The position numbers were made by a program, and so were the translations under genes. A DNA stretch of 43,653 nucleotides, from the NCBI GenBank assembly GCA_023142805.1, contig JAGLIU010000017.1, positions 1 to 43,653 on the forward strand, read 5' to 3'. This document shows positions 16,866-27,305 of the stretch, piece after piece. Source of the DNA: Candidatus Omnitrophota bacterium (GTDB lineage: Bacteria; Omnitrophota; Gorgyraeia; Tantalellales; Tantalellaceae). Each line of letters starts with the position of its first letter. Within the stretch, counting starts at the first letter, position 1. The notes under the pieces are model-generated. The model did no database searches, had not been told where the DNA came from, and saw only the letters and a program-made list of their open reading frames with translations.

Positions 16866-17261
16866 TTATGCCTCACAAAATTTGTTTAATTTGTCATTCC
16901 AAACAACATCAATTTCAAAAGGCTTGCTAATTTGCTTCATCATAGAACCACCCGTATCTATCCAAGAATACGGACGCGAGCCCTTTGTAACCTCCCACCC
17001 CTGCACACAATACCCAAGATCTTTTTTTGTAAATTCTACAAATTCCTCTTTGTCAATGTTTTCAAGCTGCGATATACAATCCTTGCATTCAATGGAATCA
17101 TCTATCGTTTTTTGATCTCTTGCTGCGAGCCTAAATAGGATTGTCAATAATTTTATTTCGTATTCCTTTATTGACAAGGTTTCTTCGCCTTTTTCCTCAT
17201 TGTACGTTTCTTTTACAATTTCCTCTGATTTAGAGAAATAAATTTTAAAAGTTTTAGCCAT
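16866..17261 (-). CDS. hypothetical protein (131 aa), possible fibre assembly factor by position
   Basis: AAGGAG RBS. Its stop abuts the next start (TAAATG). Confidence 0.55.
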   Translation of the reverse strand: MAKTFKIYFSKSEEIVKETYNEEKGEETLSIKEYEIKLLTILFRLAARDQKTIDDSIECKDCISQLENIDKEEFVEFTKKDLGYCVQGWEVTKGSRPYSWIDTGGSMMKQISKPFEIDVVWNDKLNKFCEA

Positions 17262-17288
17262 AATATAACTCCTTAAATTAGATTAAAA

Positions 17289-20200
17289 TTAACCATTCAG
17301 AAGGGTGTAGCTGTAAGTTACGGTCCCACCTATTCTGTTTTTTAAATATATTTTACCATCTGTGTGAACATTTACATTAAATTGCGCGTCAGTCCCATCT
17401 CCCGCTCCATCTGTTAGAGCACCAGTCGAAGCGGTAAACACGGTTGCCGTGTCAAGCTCTTCTGTGCACGCTGCGGTTTCAGCATCATATCCAAATATCC
17501 CAAACCGCAAATTGTTACCAGCATCCTCAAAGGATACGACAATTACACCGCGAGGATTGTTTGGGGTAAAACTAAATACTACATCATCCGCAAGACTCGT
17601 TCCCTCCTTGCTTAGATACGAACAAGTATTACTCCTAACAGTTGTGCCTTGTAGACTGCTAACGAAATCAAAATAATTTGTGTTTCCATTTAGAGTAAAT
17701 TGCATATTTGAAACACTGCCACCACTCAAAGCCTGTAAGCCAATGGCTCCATTTGGTGCCTCATCACCGATTTCTTTTGCATCTGCCCAAATCCTTGCGT
17801 ACAGGGTGTCACTAGAGGAAGAGTCATCAGCATAGCAACTAATATACATTATATCATCATCATTTGCTTGCGAACCGCCTCTATTGTTTCTAAATATTAA
17901 TTCTGATGCATCAGGTCCGTCTGTTTGTTGGTCAAGAACGAAATCACCGCCAACAGTTAGATAGGCCCTTACGCTAGTTCCGCCTGGCGCAAACTGTATA
18001 GGAGCGTCTGATTTTGTTGACACAATCAACAATGCCGCTGCGGTGTTACCAGAATATAGCGCTACTTTATCAGCCCACCATGCAGAACTATGTGTTGAAC
18101 TAACAGCATACAGCCCACCAAAACAAGAGTCAGAAGCACATTCAAACCCTGAAAGCGCAGCGGTTCCACCTGTCAAGTTTTGTGCCCTTATTAATGTGGA
18201 GGCATTTTGGTTCTCTCCAACATCAATGAGATTTGAGCCTATTGACATACCCACACTAAGCTGGTTGTATATTGTCATGTCGCCTTGGTATGTGTTGATT
18301 CCGGTAAGTGCCTTAATTTCTGTTTTGCCAGATGTCATTATACCACTTCCGCCCTGATACCTCGAAGTCGCTACGAATATTCCGTTGCCGTAACAGACGG
18401 AATACCATCCCAGGTCAGCCGCCGAGGTCCTTGATGTCCAGATCTTACCATCCGGCGAAGTCATGACTCTGTTACCCGTACCAGTATTTGAAACCGCCAC
18501 GAATATTCCGTTGCCATAAGTCACAGAAAACCAATCCAGGTCAGCCGCTGAGGTCCTTGATGTCCAGGTCTCACCATCCGGCGAAGTCATGACTCTGTTA
18601 CCCGTACCAGAAATTGAAACCGCCACGAATATTCCGTTGCCATAAGTCACAGAATTCCAGTCCAGGTCAGCCGCCGAGGTCCTTGATGTCCAGGTCTCAC
18701 CATCCGGCGAAGTCATGACTCTGTTACCCGTACCAGTATTTGAAACCGCCACGAATATTCCGTTGCCATAAGTCACAGAAAACCAATCCAGGTCAGCCGC
18801 TGAGGTCCTTGATGTCCAGATCTTACCATCCGGCGAAGTCATGACTCTGTTACCCGTACCAGTACTTGAAACCGCAACAAAAAGCCCATTGCCGTAAGTT
18901 ACAGATCTCCAACTTAGGTCAGCCGCTGAGGTCCTTGATGTCCAGATCTTACCATCCGGCGAAGTCATGACTCTGTTACCCGTACCAGTATTTGAAACCG
19001 CCACGAATATTCCGTTGCCGTAACAGACGGAATACCATCCCAGGTCAGCCGCTGAGGTCCTTGATGTCCAGGTCTTACCATCCGGCGAAGTCATGACTCT
19101 GTTACCCGTACCAGATTTTGAAACCGCAACAAAAAGCCCATTGCCGTAAGTCACAGAAAACCAATCCAGGTCAATGGCGGAAGTCTCACTTTCCCATTTC
19201 GTGCCTGCGGAAATAATGTCGCCAATAACTTCTAGTGTATTCGCCATTACATTAACTGTTTTTGTTGCACCAACAGTAATGCTCATTGTGTCAATGCTAT
19301 GATCGTACAACAGCATTGCAACGTCCGCATCCTCTGGATCAGACCAAGCCACACCAGTTGTTGCGGTATTAGGGTTTAGGAAGTTTATATAATTATCGTT
19401 TGCGTCATCTTCAAGTAAAAATTGAGCTGTTGATATTTTTGTAGCTCCAGAACTTGCAACAAAAGAATGAAATCTGACTTGTGGACTATCGGTCCCAACA
19501 CCAACATTGCCACCATTAAAATAAGTGTCTCCAGCAGAATTTAATTTTATCTTTGTAGTGGCACTCGAATTAGATATTGTAACATAACCGTTGTTTAAGG
19601 CGTCTGCTTTTAGCCCTATCACGCCAGCACTACCAGACGAAACACAATTTAAAAATTCTTTTGTGCTTGAGGCGCCCGTTGTTGCATCAAGACGTATCAA
19701 CGCCCTTCCTATAGTTATTGGGTCTCCAGATATGTGCACCAATGTAAGCGGAGATTCCACCCCAACACCAACATTGCCACCATTAAAATACGAATTTCCA
19801 TTGGAGTGCAAAACCGTAGTAATATCGTTGCTTGCGTCACGCAGTTGAATATTGCCATGGTTAGAAGCGTCAGCCGCTAATCTAATGCTACTCGTGGCAA
19901 TAGATGATGTGCACAACAAAAATGCTTTGTCGCCAACGGCAGACGTAAGGAAGATGTTTGCTGCTTGTTGCGCCCCATAAACCGTCAATGGTGATCCCGG
20001 ATAATTCGAAGAACCAATTGACACATTGTCAGGAAGATATATAACGCCTTTGTTGGCATGGGACGTGCTTTCTATTGTTATGTCATCACCGTCATCTGCC
20101 CCCCCATACAAAACCTGTCCGCCAGATCTGCCAGCAAGCAAGGCGTATATTGAATGATCATCATCAGCCAGACCAACAAGATCGCCATGTTCGGCAGCCG

Positions 20201-20498
20201 CAAGCCCATCATCAACATATTTTTTGTTTGCGACCTGGTAATCAGCGGTAGGCGCAGCGGATGGAGTAAGAGGAAAGTTTACAAACGTGCCTACAGCCGA
20301 ACTATTGACATTAAGCGCAATCGTTCCAGATGTCTCGCTATATAGTTTGAAATGCCTATGCCCACCAGTGTATTTGGTTTCATCCACACAATCCTCTACC
20401 AATGTGTCTATTATATCCTTAAAAAGTTGTTCCTCAGTAACTCCCCATGGTGGCGGATCACCGGCCGTATTATGTGTAAAATTTTTATATGTTGCCAT
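17289..20498 (-). CDS. large tail fibre / receptor-binding protein containing a seven-repeat Asp-box-like beta-propeller
   Basis: 1069 aa. Two GGNVGVG(V/T)(E/D)SP motifs common in fibre shafts. Seven 42-aa repeats of the form W.S..SA.DL.W.SV.YGNG.FVAVS..GTGNRVMTSPDG... Confidence 0.85.
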   Translation of the reverse strand: MATYKNFTHNTAGDPPPWGVTEEQLFKDIIDTLVEDCVDETKYTGGHRHFKLYSETSGTIALNVNSSAVGTFVNFPLTPSAAPTADYQVANKKYVDDGLAAAEHGDLVGLADDDHSIYALLAGRSGGQVLYGGADDGDDITIESTSHANKGVIYLPDNVSIGSSNYPGSPLTVYGAQQAANIFLTSAVGDKAFLLCTSSIATSSIRLAADASNHGNIQLRDASNDITTVLHSNGNSYFNGGNVGVGVESPLTLVHISGDPITIGRALIRLDATTGASSTKEFLNCVSSGSAGVIGLKADALNNGYVTISNSSATTKIKLNSAGDTYFNGGNVGVGTDSPQVRFHSFVASSGATKISTAQFLLEDDANDNYINFLNPNTATTGVAWSDPEDADVAMLLYDHSIDTMSITVGATKTVNVMANTLEVIGDIISAGTKWESETSAIDLDWFSVTYGNGLFVAVSKSGTGNRVMTSPDGKTWTSRTSAADLGWYSVCYGNGIFVAVSNTGTGNRVMTSPDGKIWTSRTSAADLSWRSVTYGNGLFVAVSSTGTGNRVMTSPDGKIWTSRTSAADLDWFSVTYGNGIFVAVSNTGTGNRVMTSPDGETWTSRTSAADLDWNSVTYGNGIFVAVSISGTGNRVMTSPDGETWTSRTSAADLDWFSVTYGNGIFVAVSNTGTGNRVMTSPDGKIWTSRTSAADLGWYSVCYGNGIFVATSRYQGGSGIMTSGKTEIKALTGINTYQGDMTIYNQLSVGMSIGSNLIDVGENQNASTLIRAQNLTGGTAALSGFECASDSCFGGLYAVSSTHSSAWWADKVALYSGNTAAALLIVSTKSDAPIQFAPGGTSVRAYLTVGGDFVLDQQTDGPDASELIFRNNRGGSQANDDDIMYISCYADDSSSSDTLYARIWADAKEIGDEAPNGAIGLQALSGGSVSNMQFTLNGNTNYFDFVSSLQGTTVRSNTCSYLSKEGTSLADDVVFSFTPNNPRGVIVVSFEDAGNNLRFGIFGYDAETAACTEELDTATVFTASTGALTDGAGDGTDAQFNVNVHTDGKIYLKNRIGGTVTYSYTLLNG
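18315..19196 (-). repeat. 7 x 126-nt in-frame tandem repeat array inside the fibre gene
   Basis: CCATCCGGCGAAGTCATGACTCTGTTACCCGTACCAG recurs every 126 nt (about 18448, 18574, 18700, 18826, 18952, 19078). Two units share about 118 identical nt by eye. Confidence 0.9.
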
Positions 20499-20507
20499 AA
20501 CTACCCC

Positions 20508-20924
20508 TTATGATATAACAATATTATCGTTTACTTTAATGATCATTTCTATTCCGGCTTGCGCTGTTGTTGCGTCGTCAGCCGAATTAACTTTTATCAA
20601 CACGCCATAGTATTGCCCGTCACCTATCCCATTTATTGAGGACGGATCAAAGGCATACACCACCGCGACATGTCCACTTGTCAATCTCTTAGAGGATAGG
20701 CTGATTACTGTTGCACTTGACACGTCAACCCCAGTCGTTTGCCAACTGTTGTTAGATGAACTTGGAGGATTCACCAGATATACTTCAGAAGTTAAACTTA
20801 TTATTTCCTCCAACACATCTATATCGAGCTTGATTTCTCCATGTGCTGTTGAATCCTGATTAAGCCTTATCACTGGTAATATGTGTTGGGGATAATCAAA
20901 ATCAAAAACTGCATTCCTATTCAT
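20508..20924 (-). CDS. hypothetical structural protein
   Basis: The internal ATG 20924 has AAGGGG 9 nt upstream. The ORF-track start 20951 has no RBS. Confidence 0.55.
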   Translation of the reverse strand: MNRNAVFDFDYPQHILPVIRLNQDSTAHGEIKLDIDVLEEIISLTSEVYLVNPPSSSNNSWQTTGVDVSSATVISLSSKRLTSGHVAVVYAFDPSSINGIGDGQYYGVLIKVNSADDATTAQAGIEMIIKVNDNIVIS

Positions 20925-20956
20925 TGTACACAACCCCTTTCCTATTATCATTACAA

Positions 20957-21229
20957 CTATAGCTCTCTATGACCAGATAAAACCGCCACACTTGGCTGTA
21001 TAGGTTTGTGCCACAAAAAAAACGCTTCCTCATCAACTAGCCCCTCATTGGTGACGACAAATAGATGTGATTTGATTTGTGCGGTGTCTCCAGATTTATG
21101 TATTGTCTTAACTTTGTATACCACAGTATCACTTCCTGCAAATTCATCTATGTCAACCTTTGGATCTTCGATAGCATAATAAGCAGAGTTTAATTCACTT
21201 ATTATATCCGTCTTTTTTTTCTTAATCAT
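20957..21229 (-). CDS. hypothetical structural protein (90 aa)
   Basis: AGGAGG lies 5 nt before ATG 21229. The ORF-track TTG start is at 21232. Confidence 0.55.
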   Translation of the reverse strand: MIKKKKTDIISELNSAYYAIEDPKVDIDEFAGSDTVVYKVKTIHKSGDTAQIKSHLFVVTNEGLVDEEAFFLWHKPIQPSVAVLSGHREL

Positions 21230-21250
21230 CAAATCCTCCTAAAGTTAATA

Positions 21251-22297
21251 TTATGCCTCTGTAACATTTATTGTTCCTGGTCTAATATGCTCATCATTGT
21301 CAACTGTAGTTTCTTCCGCCGCTGGCACTGAAACCACCGCAGTTGCTGCACCATATGACAATGCCGTACACGTCAGTATTGACTTGTGCAATGTTTGCCC
21401 AGGCTTGTATGTATCCAGCAAATTTTCAATAGCATCTTCTATTGCCGTTGTATCAACACTACCACCCACGGGTGCCGTCACTTCAATTGTCACAGCCTGT
21501 GTAGCTGGGTCTGATGAGGAAACAGTTACTGAAATCATACCAAGCGGCCTTACTGTTTCAATATATGTTTCGGTGGCCCTTCTAAGCAATTCCTCAGCTC
21601 CTGCAACACTATATCCCTCTGGTGTACCTGTAAAAATATCATCATTCAAAACCAGTGTATTTAAATCCTCTACTGATGCAACTGTGGTAATGGAGTCGTC
21701 TGTGGTGTTGGTTACGGGATCACCCGCTGCTACTGCGGCCGTAACAAAATCAGCCCCAGAATCGACTAGTTTGTTGACAACCACACTGGTATTGTTCCCA
21801 CTTGCTTTCACCTGATTTATTATGGTTTCGTCATCAGGAATTGTATACACACCTACAGTGCCAAGTAGATCGTTTGGTGTGCTTACAACAGTTGCGTACT
21901 CATTGGTGTATGTGGTGCCGCCATACGTAACATATGAGTTATCTGAATCTTTAGCCCAATTTTCAAAATCAAGGGCATTCCCACCCGCTGGAGGTTGCCT
22001 TAATTTATTTAAAACCTTTATCAAATAAGTCGCGTCAGTATCAGTTCCGGTATAAGTCACCTCAAGAATTGCGCCCCACCTCTTAAGATTGGTTGAATCC
22101 GCAGTGTCTGGAAAGTGCTGTTTGTGTATCCACCCCTGGTATTTGTATAGTCCCCATAGCATGGAAGATAATGTAGAGCCATTTACAAAAGCCATAGACC
22201 CAATTGACACGTCGGGAGAGTCGTCAAGGTTGTCATAGTCTGTCAACACATCATTTAATATTGTGTCAAAATCTTTTTCATATGGTGAAGTCGTCAC
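21251..22297 (-). CDS. baseplate J-like protein (Mu gp47 / P2 gpJ equivalent)
   Basis: Size, position after the gp46-like gene, and an N-terminal F..IL.D.L......D.S.GS....... pattern typical of Baseplate_J. GTG start with GGGGGA RBS. Confidence 0.75.
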   Translation of the reverse strand: MTTSPYEKDFDTILNDVLTDYDNLDDSPDVSIGSMAFVNGSTLSSMLWGLYKYQGWIHKQHFPDTADSTNLKRWGAILEVTYTGTDTDATYLIKVLNKLRQPPAGGNALDFENWAKDSDNSYVTYGGTTYTNEYATVVSTPNDLLGTVGVYTIPDDETIINQVKASGNNTSVVVNKLVDSGADFVTAAVAAGDPVTNTTDDSITTVASVEDLNTLVLNDDIFTGTPEGYSVAGAEELLRRATETYIETVRPLGMISVTVSSSDPATQAVTIEVTAPVGGSVDTTAIEDAIENLLDTYKPGQTLHKSILTCTALSYGAATAVVSVPAAEETTVDNDEHIRPGTINVTEA

Positions 22298-22661
22298 TCG
22301 GTCCCCCTACTGTTCTAAAGTAATCTATAGTTACCGGTATCCCATCTGCTTGAATCACTTCTACTTTAAAATTAACTCTTGTTTTGTCCTTTGAATCACC
22401 CTCAACAATTACAAAAATACTTTTGGCCTTACCTATATCTACCAACCATTGCAAGGCTTTTTCTGTCCTCGCTTTGATCAGATTAATATTAGTCGAAGCC
22501 ACTTTTTTAATGCCGCTAAAATCTAACCCAAAACTTGGCGCACTAAACAGCTTCCCTTTATTTATTGACAAAGACAAGAAAACATTTGTTGATATATTCC
22601 CTGGCTTATCCCATGACATTACTGGCACACCATTTTCACTTGTTGTAACTGAAAAATCCAT
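22278..22661 (-). CDS. baseplate protein, Mu gp46 / gpW-gp25-like by position
   Basis: 127 aa between the V-like spike and the J-like protein. TAATG coupling with the upstream gene. Confidence 0.6.
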   Translation of the reverse strand: MDFSVTTSENGVPVMSWDKPGNISTNVFLSLSINKGKLFSAPSFGLDFSGIKKVASTNINLIKARTEKALQWLVDIGKAKSIFVIVEGDSKDKTRVNFKVEVIQADGIPVTIDYFRTVGGPSDDFTI

Positions 22662-23164
22662 TACTGAGCCTCTGTTTTAGTTGTTGCATCGGTGACCAGG
22701 AACAAAACCGATGGTGGCCCGGTCTGCCCGCTTACTGGATCGACATGCACATGGGTGTTGTATTTTGTTATAATGTCTTCTGTCATCAATTTGCGCAAAC
22801 TCAAACCGCCTAATTCAATATCACCATTCGCTTTCAAAATAATTGAGTTATTATTATTTGCAATCTCAATATCGCCACCAGCGACTATTTTTACATATTT
22901 ATCAGCATCTGCATAGATAGCCACGTCTTTTTCGTTTGTCAATGCTGGTCTACTTGCTTGAGAATCAGCGGTTGCTATTACAGATACGTTGTTTCCGTCT
23001 ATCAATGCGACTCCCACAGAATCAACCGGAGGTATTGACGTCAAACCCACATGCTGAAAATAGGAACGCTCTGTTATTTCCTCGTTCGGCCTACCAATGC
23101 CATTAACAATTTTCTGGTAATCCCCATCGGTTACAGATGATATTTTACACTTTATAATTCGCAT
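22661..23164 (-). CDS. baseplate assembly protein V / Mu gp45-like spike
   Basis: OB-fold-like N-domain, then beta-helix-like GGDIEIANNNNSIILKANGDIELGG, and a C-terminal YNTHVHVDPVSGQTGPP motif typical of gpV. ATG 23164 overlaps the upstream TGA. Confidence 0.8.
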   Translation of the reverse strand: MRIIKCKISSVTDGDYQKIVNGIGRPNEEITERSYFQHVGLTSIPPVDSVGVALIDGNNVSVIATADSQASRPALTNEKDVAIYADADKYVKIVAGGDIEIANNNNSIILKANGDIELGGLSLRKLMTEDIITKYNTHVHVDPVSGQTGPPSVLFLVTDATTKTEAQ

Positions 23165-24327
23165 CAAATCCCCAATTCAAATAATTTTTCATGTGACAAT
23201 CTCAACACTGTAATTGGCCCTCTCGCGTCGAATGTAAATGTCCTACCATACAACACCAAGTGCCTATACACTTCTGAAATCTCATCATAAACATTAACAT
23301 ATCTGTTCACACTCCAAACCTGCCCATTGTCAGCAACATGGCCTTTGACCTCGTATTCTAACTGATATCCAGCAATCCTTTGCTCTTCCCTTGTCATTAT
23401 GGCAATTTTTTCAGGATCACCCTCATCACTATTTATGTGTTGAGCAAAAAACTTTTTGTCATCCAGGGTTGAGTCCGTTGCAACTACCTCTTTGTTTACA
23501 TGCACATCACCCCAAACATCTTCTACCTGACTCGATATAGATATCGTTGAATACCTTCCCGACACGTCTTCAGTAAGGCCAGAACTCAACACATTATTTC
23601 CAACACCATCTTTTCTATTTGTAATACTGTATACTACAGTGTCTGCAAATCTCTTTTTGTTTAGGTCTCCAATATATAACGTGCCGTTTTCTTGGTACAA
23701 TGTTTCAAACCCAGAAGATTTAACAAGTGCGCTTACTTTATCAAATACCGTATCACCTATATCTATTTTGTAATGTTTCTTATCTGCAAGCGCTGTAAAT
23801 TCTGCATCGTATGTTGTTGTGTCTGTTCTTGTACTCATGGTGTCACTGTTGTTTACATCTGCTAACAATGCAGTGTTACGACTTGTAATATCAGCGTTAT
23901 TATTGAACCCTGTAGTATCCGTGCTTGTAGCAGCCGCCCCTTTTGGCTTGGTGTAAAAATTGGTCTGTCCTATCAAGGTGTCAATTATATCTATTGGGCT
24001 TTCGTTGTTAAAATCTTTGTAGTCATTGCAATACCCTTCAACCAAGACAGACGCTCTATCCTTTCCGGATAGTTGCACCTCTCGCCTCGCCTTACTACTC
24101 ACAATCCTCCGCCGTTGAATTATTCCACGAAACTGTATTTTGCCATTAATTAAAAACTGGACTCCGCACCCCAAAGCAATGTCGGTTCTTGCATTGACAA
24201 GCACTAAATTAAAAGCACTCGATACCAAGCCCATTTCAGAATCAAACGCATAAGATTTAAATTCGTTCTTATCCGAAAGAATTGTTCCGTCCCTTGCCGT
24301 TATAATTATTTTTACATCTGTCATCAT
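23164..24327 (-). CDS. Mu gp44 (P) / P2 gpD-like baseplate hub protein
   Basis: 387 aa, located between the DNA-circulation and V-like genes as in Mu. Overlapping start and stop. Confidence 0.65.
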   Translation of the reverse strand: MMTDVKIIITARDGTILSDKNEFKSYAFDSEMGLVSSAFNLVLVNARTDIALGCGVQFLINGKIQFRGIIQRRRIVSSKARREVQLSGKDRASVLVEGYCNDYKDFNNESPIDIIDTLIGQTNFYTKPKGAAATSTDTTGFNNNADITSRNTALLADVNNSDTMSTRTDTTTYDAEFTALADKKHYKIDIGDTVFDKVSALVKSSGFETLYQENGTLYIGDLNKKRFADTVVYSITNRKDGVGNNVLSSGLTEDVSGRYSTISISSQVEDVWGDVHVNKEVVATDSTLDDKKFFAQHINSDEGDPEKIAIMTREEQRIAGYQLEYEVKGHVADNGQVWSVNRYVNVYDEISEVYRHLVLYGRTFTFDARGPITVLRLSHEKLFELGI

Positions 24328-25568
24328 TCTACACCTATCATAACATTGACTTCGCCGTATGTAAAATTAGGGTTTTTGATACCAGGATTCAATTTCAATA
24401 ATCGCTCTGCGGCTTGGTACGACTGCCCTGTATGAATTGCTATTTCATGTAATGACATTAACGAATAATCCTTAACAACAATTCTATCTCTGTCAAGTTT
24501 TATTTTATTTATGTAATCCTGCAAACTCCTTGCCTGGGTTTGTAGCGGCCTGTTGTCTCTATCCAGCAATATAGCCTCATTAATAAAAGCCCTGACTTCA
24601 TAAAGCGATTGCTCTAATTCAGTTAGTGTCATTGTTTCCGGCGCACTTACAGTGCCTTTAAAATTACCGGCATTGTCAAATGAGGGTGATGCTTCTTTGG
24701 TTTTTATGTCTCTGTGGTTTTGGTCGTCTTCGTCATAGAGATTAGCCGCTTCAAAAGACACCCGCGAAGCCCCCATAATATGTACGTAATTTTGATCTAC
24801 TCCGGAGACAGTTGCTTTAAGCTCCCTAATACCCATAATAATACTATTAATAAAAGATGCGGGAGCGTTTCTTGTCGTCTGGTAAAGCTCAACCACTCTG
24901 TCAATAGCTCCGTTAATAGACTCCATTACTAAGCCTGGTGTGCTCGTTCCGTAGTTAATGGTATTTACAATTGATGTGGCAGGAGATGTTAGGTTACTCA
25001 AGTTTGTATCTAATTTACTGATTAGTAGTGTTGCGTTCGCTGTCCATGTAGCAGCGCTTGGCGCTATTTTCTGTGATGCTTCAAGCTTTTCAGTCACCTT
25101 AGTATTTTGCTCTCTAAATTTTGCAGCGGTTTCCGGAATAACATATTTTATAATAATTATTTTTCCAGTAAGTAATTCTTCAATAAATGAAAATGACACC
25201 TTTACATATTCGTCGGTATCATCATGGAAAAATGATATATTACTTATTTTCCCGTTGAACTCGCCATACTTAGAATGTGTAAAAGTAAAATTTTTTCTTT
25301 TGCTGTTGATGTATTCCAAGAAAAAGAAATGCTCATTATATGTTGGCTCAACTATTTCACCGCTTGCGCTCCATCCCTCTGTTTTAGCTGGATTATTTTG
25401 AAAACTACATTCCACCTGAATTTTACGGGGTTTTCTGCCGAGATGTTCTATCTCATTATAATCACTATACGGATATTCGTTCACAGCAAGAGAGTATTCA
25501 ATATCGTCTCTAATACTGATTATATCGAGATAGTAATTGTCTAATTTTGCAATGTATCTATCTGGCAT
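24324..25568 (-). CDS. DNA circulation protein (Mu gp43-like) with C-terminal LysM-like segment
   Basis: 414 aa, immediately after the tape measure gene as in Mu. The C-terminal SLHEIAIHTGQSYQAAERLLKLNPGIKNP resembles LysM / gpX. Confidence 0.65.
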   Translation of the reverse strand: MPDRYIAKLDNYYLDIISIRDDIEYSLAVNEYPYSDYNEIEHLGRKPRKIQVECSFQNNPAKTEGWSASGEIVEPTYNEHFFFLEYINSKRKNFTFTHSKYGEFNGKISNISFFHDDTDEYVKVSFSFIEELLTGKIIIIKYVIPETAAKFREQNTKVTEKLEASQKIAPSAATWTANATLLISKLDTNLSNLTSPATSIVNTINYGTSTPGLVMESINGAIDRVVELYQTTRNAPASFINSIIMGIRELKATVSGVDQNYVHIMGASRVSFEAANLYDEDDQNHRDIKTKEASPSFDNAGNFKGTVSAPETMTLTELEQSLYEVRAFINEAILLDRDNRPLQTQARSLQDYINKIKLDRDRIVVKDYSLMSLHEIAIHTGQSYQAAERLLKLNPGIKNPNFTYGEVNVMIGVE

Positions 25569-25577
25569 AACCTACCC

Positions 25578-27305
25578 CTATCTTTGTGGTGCGAGTTCCC
25601 TGGTTACCATTCCAGACACCGCGCCCCTGCCATCGTGTATTTGTGCCTTGAGTATTGATTTTGATTTGTAAACATTTCCTGATGGGCCAAGAACCACATT
25701 GTTGTACACGTTTAATTCCATTTGCTCCAACTTTTTTTCTTGAGCTGCTATCTGATTGAATGAAATAAATTTTTCCCACGTAGTAAGCTTGGCTCCACGC
25801 TGCTGCTCCTCTGGTAGCGTTTCTATTTTCCTCTGAGACCTGGCCGCTCTACCGCCCGTAGGAGCGAGAAATCTAAATGCCTTTACCCCAAACATGCCGG
25901 CTTTTCCAATCAACCTAAACATGTCACCGATAGCACGAGCAGTTTCTTCAAGCTGTTTCAGTTTTTGCGGATCGTCAAGCAACCTGCCTATAGCGTCAGA
26001 CATATCGTTAAGGACACCAACAAGCGCCTTGTCGGATACCAGAGTAATGGCGGCAGCCATACGGTTGAATCCCTGCGAAGATGTTTGTGCTACTCGTTGA
26101 TATTTTTTTTCAATATTTTCAGAAGCATTAAGCCCAATGTCAACCAAATTGTTGTATTCCTTGATTTCACCATTTGCTCGTCTGTATTCAACCCCCAACA
26201 GCTCAATAGCTCTAAGTGATCTAATGTTCGGAAACAACGTTTTTAATTTTGTAATATCTCCACCGGTAACTCTTAAAATATCTTTTAAAATATCACCAAA
26301 ATTCCTAATTTCTTTATCCGAACCAAAAATAGTTACTTTTGCAGCTTCCAATTCATCTTTTCGCTTAATCAATGAATCCAGAAACCTAACCACAGAGGTT
26401 GTGCCTTCCGCTATTTCGCCACTCCTTGCGGCAAGCTGGACAAATGCACCAAACTCAGCAAACGACTGTTTTCCCTGAAATCCCTTTCCACGAAACGCTC
26501 CGAACAGTTTTGCGCCTTCAGTTGCCATTGCTGCAATGTTTACTTTTGCCTTGTCCCCCTGAGCAATTAGAAGCTCCATCAAATCAAATAACTCTTTATT
26601 TTCAATTCCTGACATAGAATCTTTTAAAGCAACTGCGAAAGTTCCAAGCTCTGAAGCGTCAGCACCAGTTCCTCTTATTATTTTTGCAAACTTAGTCAAC
26701 CCTTCTGATGCTAAATCAAAATCTCCTGACAAGTCTACAATTGTTTTTGCAGTTTCAATCATTACCTCTCTTTGTGCGCCAATGTCTAGGGCGGTTCTGT
26801 GAAATGCGTCCCTTAATGCAAATTGTTTTTCTACTGACACGCCCGCCTGTACTGATAGCCTTGCCAAGGCTTCGTCAAATTTTACGACTTCTCTTGCCTT
26901 GTAAAGTAACCCTATCCCACCACCTATACCAAGCAATCCAGCTATTCCACCACTCACACGACCAACACCACGCATAAGCCTTCTTCTTTTTGCCGCATGT
27001 CGCTTTAAAACTCTTTCTCGTTCTCTCGCAATTTTTTTTTCTGATCTTATAGCGTCTCGCTCTTCTCTCTTTCTGTCTCGTGCGAGCGCTGCATGTGTGC
27101 GCTTGTGTAAAGCCAGGTTAAACCGAACTTCTGACGCTGTTATTCTTTTTATTTCCGTTGAAGATGTTTTGGTTTGCTTAACACGCCTTTTGGACAACTT
27201 TTTGTTGGTCTTATCAAAACGATTAACGAGAGTATGGAGGTTTTTATACTCCTTCCTCACATCTTTTGTATCGGCGGTTATAGTGATTTTTACATCTGAT
27301 GCCAT
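25578..27305 (-). CDS. tail tape measure protein
   Basis: 575 aa. Basic coiled N-terminus, a Gly-rich hydrophobic segment (GGIAGLLGIGGGIGLLY) and a long helical body. Preceded by the chaperone frameshift pair. Confidence 0.85.
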   Translation of the reverse strand: MASDVKITITADTKDVRKEYKNLHTLVNRFDKTNKKLSKRRVKQTKTSSTEIKRITASEVRFNLALHKRTHAALARDRKREERDAIRSEKKIARERERVLKRHAAKRRRLMRGVGRVSGGIAGLLGIGGGIGLLYKAREVVKFDEALARLSVQAGVSVEKQFALRDAFHRTALDIGAQREVMIETAKTIVDLSGDFDLASEGLTKFAKIIRGTGADASELGTFAVALKDSMSGIENKELFDLMELLIAQGDKAKVNIAAMATEGAKLFGAFRGKGFQGKQSFAEFGAFVQLAARSGEIAEGTTSVVRFLDSLIKRKDELEAAKVTIFGSDKEIRNFGDILKDILRVTGGDITKLKTLFPNIRSLRAIELLGVEYRRANGEIKEYNNLVDIGLNASENIEKKYQRVAQTSSQGFNRMAAAITLVSDKALVGVLNDMSDAIGRLLDDPQKLKQLEETARAIGDMFRLIGKAGMFGVKAFRFLAPTGGRAARSQRKIETLPEEQQRGAKLTTWEKFISFNQIAAQEKKLEQMELNVYNNVVLGPSGNVYKSKSILKAQIHDGRGAVSGMVTRELAPQR

